Origin: an uncultured Bacteroidales bacterium
GTDB taxonomy: Bacteria > Bacteroidota > Bacteroidia > Bacteroidales > UBA1402
Assembly: GCA_964502355.1 (NCBI GenBank)
Contig: CAZCWK010000002.1
Span: forward strand, 64,683-128,682
DNA: 64,000 bases
Reading direction: 5' to 3'
Below, piece by piece: positions 36,527 to 44,041 of the stretch. A model generated the notes under the pieces. The model was not told the origin of the DNA. It did no database searches and saw nothing but the letters and a program-made list of their open reading frames with translations. How positions within the stretch are numbered: position 1 is the stretch's first letter; every line of letters begins with the position of its first letter. Both the position numbers and the translations under genes were made by a program.

Positions 36527-37078
36527 ATGAACAGGATAGGTGAAAGGATAAAAAAGAAAAGGGAACAGCTTAATTTACAGTTAAATGAATTAGCTGAGAA
36601 GGTAGGTGTCAGTCCGAGTGCTCTTTCGCAAATAGAAAAAGCAAAGTCATTTCCATCAATAGTGACATTAAAAAATATTGCTGATAAGTTACACACAACT
36701 GTCGGTGAACTAATTGGAGAAAATGATTCACTTGCGAATAATCCGGTTGTATATAAGTCGGATATAAAATTTATTGATCAAAACAAGTCGGGGACTATGT
36801 TTTATCTGCTTTCTCAACATGATGTAAACAAGCAGATGGATACTTATCTGGTGAGGTTTTCTAAAGCTTCAGCCGTTGATGGTTTTTTTTCACCATCTTT
36901 TGGCCAGATTTTTTCTTATGTACTTTCTGGAGAGGTCAGGTTTGATCTGGATGGGAAAAGCTTTGTTTTGAAACCTGGAGATAATATATATTTCAGCGCT
37001 AAATCACAGTTTAATGCCATAAATTATAATGATGGTATAAGTGAAATCCTTTGGGTCCAATCGCCTCCATATTTTTAA
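36527..37078 (+). CDS. XRE-family HTH transcriptional regulator with a C-terminal cupin sensor domain
   Basis: 183 aa. IGERIKKKREQLNLQLNELAEKVGVSPSALSQIEKAKSFPSIVTLKNIADKL is HTH_3-type. The C-terminal half has a cupin pattern (YVLSGEVRFDLDGKSFVLKPGDNIYF). Confidence 0.85.
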   Translation: MNRIGERIKKKREQLNLQLNELAEKVGVSPSALSQIEKAKSFPSIVTLKNIADKLHTTVGELIGENDSLANNPVVYKSDIKFIDQNKSGTMFYLLSQHDVNKQMDTYLVRFSKASAVDGFFSPSFGQIFSYVLSGEVRFDLDGKSFVLKPGDNIYFSAKSQFNAINYNDGISEILWVQSPPYF

Positions 37079-37159
37079 TTTATCAGATTAAGCAGAACTT
37101 TATTAATTAAGTAAAATATCATATAAATTGAAGTAAGTATTCATTAATAATATACAGAA

Positions 37160-39100
37160 ATGAGTAATCTATTAAGTGTTTTAAATGAGAAGAATATTAT
37201 TTTACCCGATAATATTCTGAGTGTTCTGCAGGAATGCAAAAGCTATAAAGTTTATAATGCTACAAGTGAACTTTCAGATGCTGCTACAAATGGAAAAGAA
37301 AATCTTGAATATGAAGTTAAGTATGATGTACCGGGCAAAGGTCTTTATACAGAAGTAATCGTCCAACGTGTTAAAAACGGGATTTCAGCAAATTATACAG
37401 AAGCCTACATGCGCAGGAGGGATCCTGACACAATGGTTATAGCAGATAATAATCCGACAGACAAGGAAATTTTTTTTGATAAGTATGGTTATGAGTTTTC
37501 AGGTTTGCAGGAAGAGACATATGAATGGCTAAAAAAACAAGATCTTGCTGTATTCTTTTATTTCGCCGGCAGAGAGAATATTGGTTCTCTTGGTATTGCC
37601 ATAGCTCCAGCAAATGCAGCTTTCTTTGCATTGGGTTTGTCTATGCTTCAGGAAATGGTTGCTGTGGATGATTTAAAACATAATTCTGAGCTTAAATCAG
37701 TGATTTTTGTTGCTCCTGTTTTCAGACATACGCATTTTAGTGGTAAACAGGTGGTTGTCCATAATCGTACTGAGACTGTTCACGAGTTATATTCATATAA
37801 CTTATATCCGGGACCCAGTGCTAAAAAAGGTCTTTACGGAGTAATGTTAAATCATGCTGAAAAGGAAGATTGGGTCATTGCTCACTGTTCAGCTGTACAA
37901 TCTGTAAGTCCTTATGATAATCTTACAACTTTTATGCACGAGGGTGCCAGTGGAGGAGGCAAGAGTGAAATGCACCAGCATATTTTGAGGGAATCAGATG
38001 GTCAGGTATTGTTGGGACGTAACCTTATTTCTTCTGAACAAAGATATATAACTATACCCAGATCTTGCTCGTTTAATGCTGTCGCGGATGATATGGCCTT
38101 TTGTCACCCTTCGGTTCAGAAAAATGACGGAAAGCTACGTATTATTGATGCTGAAAACGCCTGGTTCGTGCGAGTGGACAGTGTAAAACAATATGGAGAT
38201 GATCCAACTTTGGAAAAAATGACAATAAATCCCTCTTCTCCTCTATTGTTTTTAAATATTGAAACCACACCCGGATCAACTGCCCTGATTTGGGAACATA
38301 TTCAGGATGAGCCGGGCAAGTCCTGTCCTAATCCCAGGGTAATTATACCACGAAAGTCTGTTTCAAACGTAGTTAACAGACCGGTTTCAGTTGATATCAG
38401 AAGTTTTGGTATACGTACTCCGGCTTGTTCAAGAGAGAATCCCTCCTATGGTATTATTGGATTATTCCATATTTTACCACCTGCGCTGGCATGGTTATGG
38501 AGACTTGTTGCTCCCCGTGGTCATAACAATCCAAGCATTGTAAGTTCGGGTGGGATGGAAAGTGAAGGTGTAGGCTCATACTGGCCTTTTGCTACAGGTA
38601 AACGTGTACCACAGGCAAATATGTTATTAAAGCAAATCATTGATACTCCGCGTACTACTTTTACTCTTGTCCCTAATCAGAACATTGGTGTGTGGCAGGT
38701 CGGTTTTAAACCTCAGTTATTAATGCGTGAGTATCTGACCAGGAGAGGTGCTGCTCAATTAAGGACTGATCAGTATCAGGCTGCCCGTTGTCCGCTTTTG
38801 GGTTATGAACTCAATTATCTGACACTTGAGGGTTCAAAAATACCTTCCAGGTTTTTGAAAGTTTACAATCAGTCTGAAGTTGGTTTCGATGGTTACGATG
38901 CAGGAGCCGAAATACTTACTGACTTCTTTAAATCTGAATTGCAGAAATATCTTAAGGAAGATTTATTGCACACAGGAAAAAGAATTATTGATGCTTGTTT
39001 ATCAGGTGCAAGTATTGAAGATTATAATGAAATCATACCGATGAGTTACCAGTATGAATATTCCTTCAACAAAATCGAAGATTATGAGCAAATAGGGTAG
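37160..39100 (+). CDS. Large uncharacterised P-loop protein (DUF4914-like as recalled; PEPCK/HprK-like motifs)
   Basis: 646 aa with no signal peptide. HEGASGGGKSEM is Walker-A-like (cf. HprK GxSGxGKSE). GLFHILPPALAWLW...SSGGMESEGVGSYWPF resembles the PEPCK DAFGVLPPV...AGTE-G region. Confidence 0.7.
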   Translation: MSNLLSVLNEKNIILPDNILSVLQECKSYKVYNATSELSDAATNGKENLEYEVKYDVPGKGLYTEVIVQRVKNGISANYTEAYMRRRDPDTMVIADNNPTDKEIFFDKYGYEFSGLQEETYEWLKKQDLAVFFYFAGRENIGSLGIAIAPANAAFFALGLSMLQEMVAVDDLKHNSELKSVIFVAPVFRHTHFSGKQVVVHNRTETVHELYSYNLYPGPSAKKGLYGVMLNHAEKEDWVIAHCSAVQSVSPYDNLTTFMHEGASGGGKSEMHQHILRESDGQVLLGRNLISSEQRYITIPRSCSFNAVADDMAFCHPSVQKNDGKLRIIDAENAWFVRVDSVKQYGDDPTLEKMTINPSSPLLFLNIETTPGSTALIWEHIQDEPGKSCPNPRVIIPRKSVSNVVNRPVSVDIRSFGIRTPACSRENPSYGIIGLFHILPPALAWLWRLVAPRGHNNPSIVSSGGMESEGVGSYWPFATGKRVPQANMLLKQIIDTPRTTFTLVPNQNIGVWQVGFKPQLLMREYLTRRGAAQLRTDQYQAARCPLLGYELNYLTLEGSKIPSRFLKVYNQSEVGFDGYDAGAEILTDFFKSELQKYLKEDLLHTGKRIIDACLSGASIEDYNEIIPMSYQYEYSFNKIEDYEQIG

Positions 39101-39115
39101 TGCCGAATCTTTTGA

Positions 39116-39138
39116 TACCTGACAGGATAATTATACTT
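39116..39138 (+). repeat. 23-bp exact direct repeat, copy 1 (tacctgacaggataattatactt), core of a promoter-like element
   Basis: Identical to 43175-43197. Similarity extends upstream (aatcNtttga) with a 12-bp indel. TTTG at 39111-39114 lies 19 bp upstream of TACTTATG at 39134-39141. Confidence 0.85.
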
Positions 39139-39189
39139 ATGCATAAATTTAAAATTCTGATTTTTTTGAGTTCGGCAAACTCTTTGCGT

Positions 39190-39210
39190 AGTCCTGGCGG
39201 GATTCTTTTT
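39190..39210 (+). terminator. Hairpin + T-run (B-type), homologous to 43899-43917
   Basis: agtcc/tggcg/ggatt forms a 5-bp stem with one G-U pair, followed by cttttt. It is similar in sequence to tagtccgggtggactttttt. Confidence 0.4.
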
Positions 39211-39234
39211 ACAAATAAACATTATTTTCGATAA

Positions 39235-39268
39235 GCCATCTTCTTTCGTGAGCGGGTGGCTTTTTTTT
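39235..39268 (+). terminator. Hairpin + T8 (A-type), homologous to 43846-43880
   Basis: gccatcttc...gagcgggtggc forms a bulged 9-bp stem followed by tttttttt. About 32 of 37 nt match the copy at 43.85 kb, and the substitutions preserve pairing (C-G to U-G). Confidence 0.6.
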
Positions 39269-39411
39269 AATTTTACCTTTGGCTCTGAATCTTTCCGCTT
39301 TGATGGATAGAGTTTTAATGGATTGTTTATTAGAGTTGCAGTATTGAAATAAAAAATTATCGGAAAACAAAAATTTTAGAGAACCCTTCAACTTGTCAGT
39401 TTTATTAAAAA

Positions 39412-39720
39412 ATGAAATGCCAGTTTTCAGGAATATTACAAGAACTTGTCGATAAAGCCCGGATAGGTAATAAAGAAGATATCGACTTAATTATGAGTAA
39501 TCTTACAAGTGAATCTGATTTTGCAATGACCAGATACGTAGATTATGCATTAAGTCTTGTGGTAAATCCTGTCGGTTTCGAGCAAATTAAATATTATCTC
39601 TTTAATGGTACGTTGATACAGCGTAACTATGCAAGTTTATATCTTAATCGCCTTGGAGAATGGAAGATTGTAAAAGAAGCTTTTAATCAAGGTCTGATTG
39701 ATGAAATACAGGCATATTAA
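39412..39720 (+). CDS. Hypothetical protein (102 aa)
   Basis: Called from the ORF alone. No motif recognised. Confidence 0.45.
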   Translation: MKCQFSGILQELVDKARIGNKEDIDLIMSNLTSESDFAMTRYVDYALSLVVNPVGFEQIKYYLFNGTLIQRNYASLYLNRLGEWKIVKEAFNQGLIDEIQAY

Positions 39721-39755
39721 ATTTGGTTTCATTATTAATGTAGTGTGTTAATTAA

Positions 39756-39845
39756 ATGGACGATCAAAAGCAGTATTTCGTTGAATTGATTGAGCAAAAC
39801 AAATCAATCTTTTTTAAGTTTTGCTATATGTATTCTACCGATAAG
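39756..39845 (+). pseudogene. Truncated N-terminal fragment of a small sigma-70/ECF-family sigma factor
   Basis: MDDQKQYFVELIEQNKSIFFKFCYMYSTDK resembles the conserved N-terminus of Bacteroidota sigma-70-family factors (..LIxxNxGIIYKxCYxY..D). The reading frame then degenerates and runs into the 3' end of the convergent GtrA gene. Confidence 0.45.
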
Positions 39846-39874
39846 AAATGGTCTATAATTTTCGGTAAAAATAA

Positions 39875-40261
39875 TTACTTAAAAGTAATAAGATAATTCA
39901 TAATGAAGTTCCAAATCGTAACAACACAAACAGCAAAAAGTTTGGAGAGATAGAAGTTTAGTTTGAATTTATTTGTCAGTATATAAATTATCAGGTTATT
40001 GATACCCAAGCCAATCAACGATATTCCGATAAATGAAAAATATTCCGTCGCGATTTGCTGGTTGTGGCTGTGAAAAGTCCAGATTCTGTTGAAAAAATAA
40101 TTGGAAGTCGCCGCTAAAACAAAACCTGTAGAATTGGCCAGGTATTTGTTTGCTTTGACTTTCTCTTTTAACACCCAGGTAGTTCCAAAATCCACAAACA
40201 TACCGGAAAATCCGACCACGCAGAATTTGATCAATTTTAAGATCAAAAAACTATCTATCAT
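39875..40261 (-). CDS. GtrA-family membrane protein
   Basis: 128 aa with 4 TM helices. KFCVVGFSGMFVDFGTTWVL and YFFNRIWTF are typical GtrA motifs. Confidence 0.85.
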   Translation of the reverse strand: MIDSFLILKLIKFCVVGFSGMFVDFGTTWVLKEKVKANKYLANSTGFVLAATSNYFFNRIWTFHSHNQQIATEYFSFIGISLIGLGINNLIIYILTNKFKLNFYLSKLFAVCVVTIWNFIMNYLITFK

Positions 40262-41946
40262 TATTTTACAATTTTCATTTTAATCAGTTCGTTCTCAAGT
40301 GCAGGCCCAAAAACATTGTTGGTCGTAATGCTAAAAGAATAATCTCCTTCGGGCAGATCGGGTACAATGGTATATAGCACTCCTGAAATCTTCTCAAACG
40401 GCTTCATGACGGAAATATCCACATTGCTTGCCACAGGTCTGATTTCTTTGATTTTTTTGGTAAAATAACACGCGCAAACGCTGACAGGAAACGTTTTATC
40501 TTTAAAATTTATGTCATAGTCATAAGGATTGTAAACCGAAAAAGCCGTACGGATGGTATCTCCGCTACGCTGATTTATTTCCACAGGCAACTCGACTTTC
40601 ACTTTCAGTCTCAAGGATGAGTGAAAACGATCAGTAAAAAAGCCCTTGAATGTTTGTCCATCTACCTGGTACATTTTGCTCAATCCGTTCACGTCAGCAC
40701 AAACAAAGACAGACTGACCTTCTAATGCCAGCTCCTTTTTCCAAACATCAAACTGCGTCCGACGGTTGAAAATGGAACTGATCGTTGTCGAAGGTTTACC
40801 GGTAAAAAAGGTATAAAGTGACGGTTTCTGAAACGACCCGGTAAACACCACAGGCTTATCTCCGGCTACAGCCTGAATGGCTCTGATTTTTTTCTCTTCG
40901 TCAAAGCCTGCTATTCCGGCTACCGGAGGAAAGATAATCGCTATCCGGATAATCAGAATAAAAAGCATTGAAGCAAACACATAACTGTTTATATATTTTC
41001 TGATAGCATCGTTTTCTTTGGCTTTATGATACAGGAGAATAATCATGGGAACAGAACAAGCTACCGTCCAATGAGGCTCTACATGGCCTCGATAAGCCAT
41101 AACTCCGAAAAAAGAGATAAAGCCGATAATTAAGAAGTACAATCCCCGCTCAAACACATCTCTGCTTCTGTATTTTATCAGGATATAAACAACCAGTCCC
41201 AATGTAAAAGGATTGAATACAGCCAGCTGATTGGGCAGATACTCCAGAAAAAATTTCCATTGAAAGTGGTTGCTCCTGTCTACCAAATGATACTGAAAAC
41301 TGGGAAAATTGTTACTGTATTGCCAATAAAAATGGGGACTCAGAAGCAACAAGGCACTAATCCCTGCCAACCAGAATTTTGGCTTTAACAACAAGCGCAT
41401 ATTTGATAAAACAACCAAACCGATCACCAGACTCGATTGATATTTACTGTAAACCATACCAGACATTGCCAGACATAGCAACAAGGTATTGAGGAAGCTT
41501 TCTTTTTTTAGAAAAATCTTATAGGAAAATAAAAAGAAAGCAGTGAAAAGCAACAATGGAGCATCGGGTGTTGTGATAAAACCCAAAGCAACAAACATCA
41601 CCAAGGATGCCGCAATAATAAAGAAAATATTAACCTGACTGCAATCCGCTTTGCGGTCATCAATGATACGCCAGGTAAGCAAAAGGGTAGCAAGCTGTGC
41701 CACTATGGTCACAAAACGCACACCCAGATTTCCACCAAAAAGCAGCGAACTGAGAAAGTTAAACACGGCCACCATCGGTGGATGGTCAAAATAGCCCCAG
41801 GCCAAATTTTGCCCCCAGATTGCGTAATACGACTCATCGTTTATTATCCCCGTAAATATCGCCTGTAAAAGGTTCACCACAAACCACAAAGCCAACAGCA
41901 GGAAAAAACTTTTCCTGGCTGAGATATTTTTTTTGAAAATGCGCAT
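40261..41946 (-). CDS. ArnT/PMT_2-like (GT39/GT83-type) polyprenyl-phosphate-sugar-dependent glycosyltransferase with an extra C-terminal soluble domain
   Basis: 561 aa. INDESYYAIWGQNLAWGYFDHPPMVA is the DExYY...GYFDHPP signature. About 11 TM helices, then about 170 aa non-membrane. Confidence 0.8.
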   Translation of the reverse strand: MRIFKKNISARKSFFLLLALWFVVNLLQAIFTGIINDESYYAIWGQNLAWGYFDHPPMVAVFNFLSSLLFGGNLGVRFVTIVAQLATLLLTWRIIDDRKADCSQVNIFFIIAASLVMFVALGFITTPDAPLLLFTAFFLFSYKIFLKKESFLNTLLLCLAMSGMVYSKYQSSLVIGLVVLSNMRLLLKPKFWLAGISALLLLSPHFYWQYSNNFPSFQYHLVDRSNHFQWKFFLEYLPNQLAVFNPFTLGLVVYILIKYRSRDVFERGLYFLIIGFISFFGVMAYRGHVEPHWTVACSVPMIILLYHKAKENDAIRKYINSYVFASMLFILIIRIAIIFPPVAGIAGFDEEKKIRAIQAVAGDKPVVFTGSFQKPSLYTFFTGKPSTTISSIFNRRTQFDVWKKELALEGQSVFVCADVNGLSKMYQVDGQTFKGFFTDRFHSSLRLKVKVELPVEINQRSGDTIRTAFSVYNPYDYDINFKDKTFPVSVCACYFTKKIKEIRPVASNVDISVMKPFEKISGVLYTIVPDLPEGDYSFSITTNNVFGPALENELIKMKIVK

Positions 41947-41951
41947 ATAAG

Positions 41952-43049
41952 TTAGTTTAACAATTTGTTACGCAGCGATCTGGTCCATGAACTCCATATG
42001 TAACGATATGGTTTGCTCAATTTCTTCTCCAGATTGCTCATATTGAAGGAAACATAGAGCGATTGCTCGTTGTACATCTGGTTTTCCACAAAATGCAGCG
42101 TAAACATCAGTTTTGTTTTAACAACATCCGTATGGAAAAAATTCACATAAAGATCTGCCCGATCATATTCATTTGCCCTATAAATGCGATCACCCCAATA
42201 TAGATTCATTCCGTGATCGTTATAAAATGACATTTGTCCTTCACCTTTATAGTAGCTGTTCTCCAGGCCAAGACCGCGATACTCTATTTTTGTCTCAACC
42301 ATCAAGGCATTATTAATAAACCATTCCGATCTTCCATCTCTGGCATCCTCTACCCCGACTGCCCATCCCAAATTGGTTTCGAGCTTGTCAAATCCTGTTC
42401 GTTTTGCAAGATCCACTCCCAAAGATGTTAAATACAACCCGTTGTCGTGCAAGGCTTCAGGAATCAAAGGATCTATTAAACCGGCATAATGATACATGTA
42501 GCCAAAATGTTGCGCATAAAAATCACCAAAATTCAGACGAACGGATTCTCCAATTAAAAAGGTTTCATGACGTTCGCGTGTCTGCCTGCTGGTCCAGTCT
42601 AGCCAAGCCCTGATGTAAGAGCTACCCTGAGCATATTCCCAACAGATTCCGTTGATGTTTGGACGATAATTATTAATGGAATCCGTGAAAAAAATACGGG
42701 GATAATCATTCAAAATTTGTTTACGCGGAAAAGCACCCATGATAAATCGGAATGGTGCTGAATTATACTCATAATAGGCAATCGGGTCAATATAATCAAT
42801 CGTCTTGTTGCTGCCATATTCGTGCATAGCATCCACACCGACAAAAATCCGATGAATGGTATCCCAACTTAGCCCAATCTCAGGAGCCAAATGCACTCCG
42901 GCCATTGTTTGAGGTATCTGAACTTTTGAATGCATGAATTCGGTATTGTCAAAAAAAGAATTTACACCAACTTTCCAGACCTTTTGTTGTGCAGAGATGG
43001 GCAAAAGCAAACACACAAAGGGTATCATTATTAAAAAAATCCGTTTCAT
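41952..43049 (-). CDS. Secreted hypothetical protein, probable outer-membrane beta-barrel
   Basis: 365 aa with signal peptide MKRIFLIMIPFVCLLLPISAQQ. Aromatic-rich alternating pattern. It is the first gene of the operon with the ArnT-like and GtrA genes. Confidence 0.6.
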   Translation of the reverse strand: MKRIFLIMIPFVCLLLPISAQQKVWKVGVNSFFDNTEFMHSKVQIPQTMAGVHLAPEIGLSWDTIHRIFVGVDAMHEYGSNKTIDYIDPIAYYEYNSAPFRFIMGAFPRKQILNDYPRIFFTDSINNYRPNINGICWEYAQGSSYIRAWLDWTSRQTRERHETFLIGESVRLNFGDFYAQHFGYMYHYAGLIDPLIPEALHDNGLYLTSLGVDLAKRTGFDKLETNLGWAVGVEDARDGRSEWFINNALMVETKIEYRGLGLENSYYKGEGQMSFYNDHGMNLYWGDRIYRANEYDRADLYVNFFHTDVVKTKLMFTLHFVENQMYNEQSLYVSFNMSNLEKKLSKPYRYIWSSWTRSLRNKLLN

Positions 43050-43073
43050 GATGTAATCTTATTATTAACAGGG

Positions 43074-43081
43074 CAAAGATA
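43074..43081 (-). promoter_or_regulatory. Candidate -7 box TATCTTTG for the OMP/ArnT-like/GtrA operon
   Basis: The minus strand matches TAnnTTTG, about 25 nt upstream of the start at 43049. Confidence 0.45.
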
Positions 43082-43174
43082 TATAAAAGATTGATGAGAT
43101 ATATCACCTGCGAAAAGTAGGTGAATTTCCATAAAAAATCTAAAAACGTTGTAATCATTTGATGTAGATGTTGC

Positions 43175-43197
43175 TACCTGACAGGATAATTATACTT
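43175..43197 (+). repeat. 23-bp exact direct repeat, copy 2; overlaps the -7 box TACTTTTG (43193-43200)
   Basis: Identical to 39116-39138. It lies immediately upstream of the 177-aa secreted protein gene. Confidence 0.85.
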
Positions 43198-43222
43198 TTG
43201 TGGAAATTTGAATATTAAGGAT

Positions 43223-43756
43223 ATGAAGAAGTTGCTTTTGCTGGTGTTGGTATGTTTGAGTATGTCTGTCGTGGCGCAGGATAAGAATAGTAGTTTTAAT
43301 CAGCTGGTTACTTTGAAAGGCACTGACTGTGTGGTAACTACTTATGACAATTTTAACAAGATGGTCAAGTCAGACGAGTCAATGAGTGTAATAAACACTA
43401 AGACATTGCTGACAACACCTGTCAAATTCCCGCAAAAGATCTTCAATATAAAGATTAAACAAGCTAGGATTAAGGCTTTGAATATTAATACAATGATAGT
43501 ATCTGCTCAGCAGGTTGATGCCAATAAACTGATTCCTGACAGCAAAACAGTCTTGTTTATTGTTTCGACGGATGGTCTCAACGTCAAACGCATTAGTGAA
43601 GGTAATTATTTTCCATGGGAGTGGGCGGTTAATAAGAATACCGGTACTCTTGTCATAACCGGGCAGACTGATACAAACAAGAATGGTCGTTTGGATAATT
43701 ACGACAAAAACGAAGTTATCATCTATGACCTCAAGACTCAAAAACGAATAAAATAA
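43223..43756 (+). CDS. Secreted hypothetical protein
   Basis: Signal peptide MKKLLLLVLVCLSMSVVAQ. The ATG at 43223 is preferred over the TTG at 43208 used by the ORF track. Confidence 0.65.
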   Translation: MKKLLLLVLVCLSMSVVAQDKNSSFNQLVTLKGTDCVVTTYDNFNKMVKSDESMSVINTKTLLTTPVKFPQKIFNIKIKQARIKALNINTMIVSAQQVDANKLIPDSKTVLFIVSTDGLNVKRISEGNYFPWEWAVNKNTGTLVITGQTDTNKNGRLDNYDKNEVIIYDLKTQKRIK

Positions 43757-43845
43757 TTTCCCAACGGTTAAGGATTATTTTGATTGAGCGAACATATTGT
43801 TTGTGTAGCATTAGCTGAAGACTGTTTGTAAAAAAATATTAATGA

Positions 43846-43880
43846 GCCATCCTCTTTTGCGAGCGGGTGGCTTTATTATG
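43846..43880 (+). terminator. Hairpin (A-type) after the secreted-protein gene
   Basis: gccatcctc...gagcgggtggc followed by tttatt. Homologous to 39235-39268. Confidence 0.5.
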
Positions 43881-43898
43881 TCTTTTTGCCTGAATTAT

Positions 43899-43917
43899 AG
43901 TCCGGGTGGACTTTTTT
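43899..43917 (+). terminator. Hairpin + T6 (B-type)
   Basis: agtcc/gggt/ggact is a perfect 5-bp stem followed by tttttt. Confidence 0.5.
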
Positions 43918-43985
43918 GTTAGCATTTTATATGATTTTTGTCTAAAATGGCCCTTTTAACGTTTAAAGGGCGTCATATATATAAC

Positions 43986-43993
43986 TATTTTTG
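43986..43993 (+). promoter_or_regulatory. Candidate -7 box TATTTTTG for the LamG-GH127 gene
   Basis: Matches TAnnTTTG, 48 nt upstream of the ATG at 44042. Confidence 0.45.
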
Positions 43994-44041
43994 TCATGCG
44001 TCGTTCCATATGACCTAAATGTAAAAAACAAAAAATGATAT

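Noticed and set aside
39139-39234. 31-codon ORF (MHKFKILIFLSSANSLRSPGGILFTNKHYFR) between the duplicated promoter element and terminator.
   Set aside because: Its ATG overlaps the predicted -7 box, so it would lie upstream of the transcription start. Its sequence spans hairpin B. It more likely lies within a non-coding RNA or a relic than encodes a peptide.
39209-39391. 60-aa minus-strand ORF in the DUF4914-downstream intergenic region.
   Set aside because: It is composed of the reverse complement of the two terminator hairpins and T-runs (K-rich) and has no start context. It is spurious.
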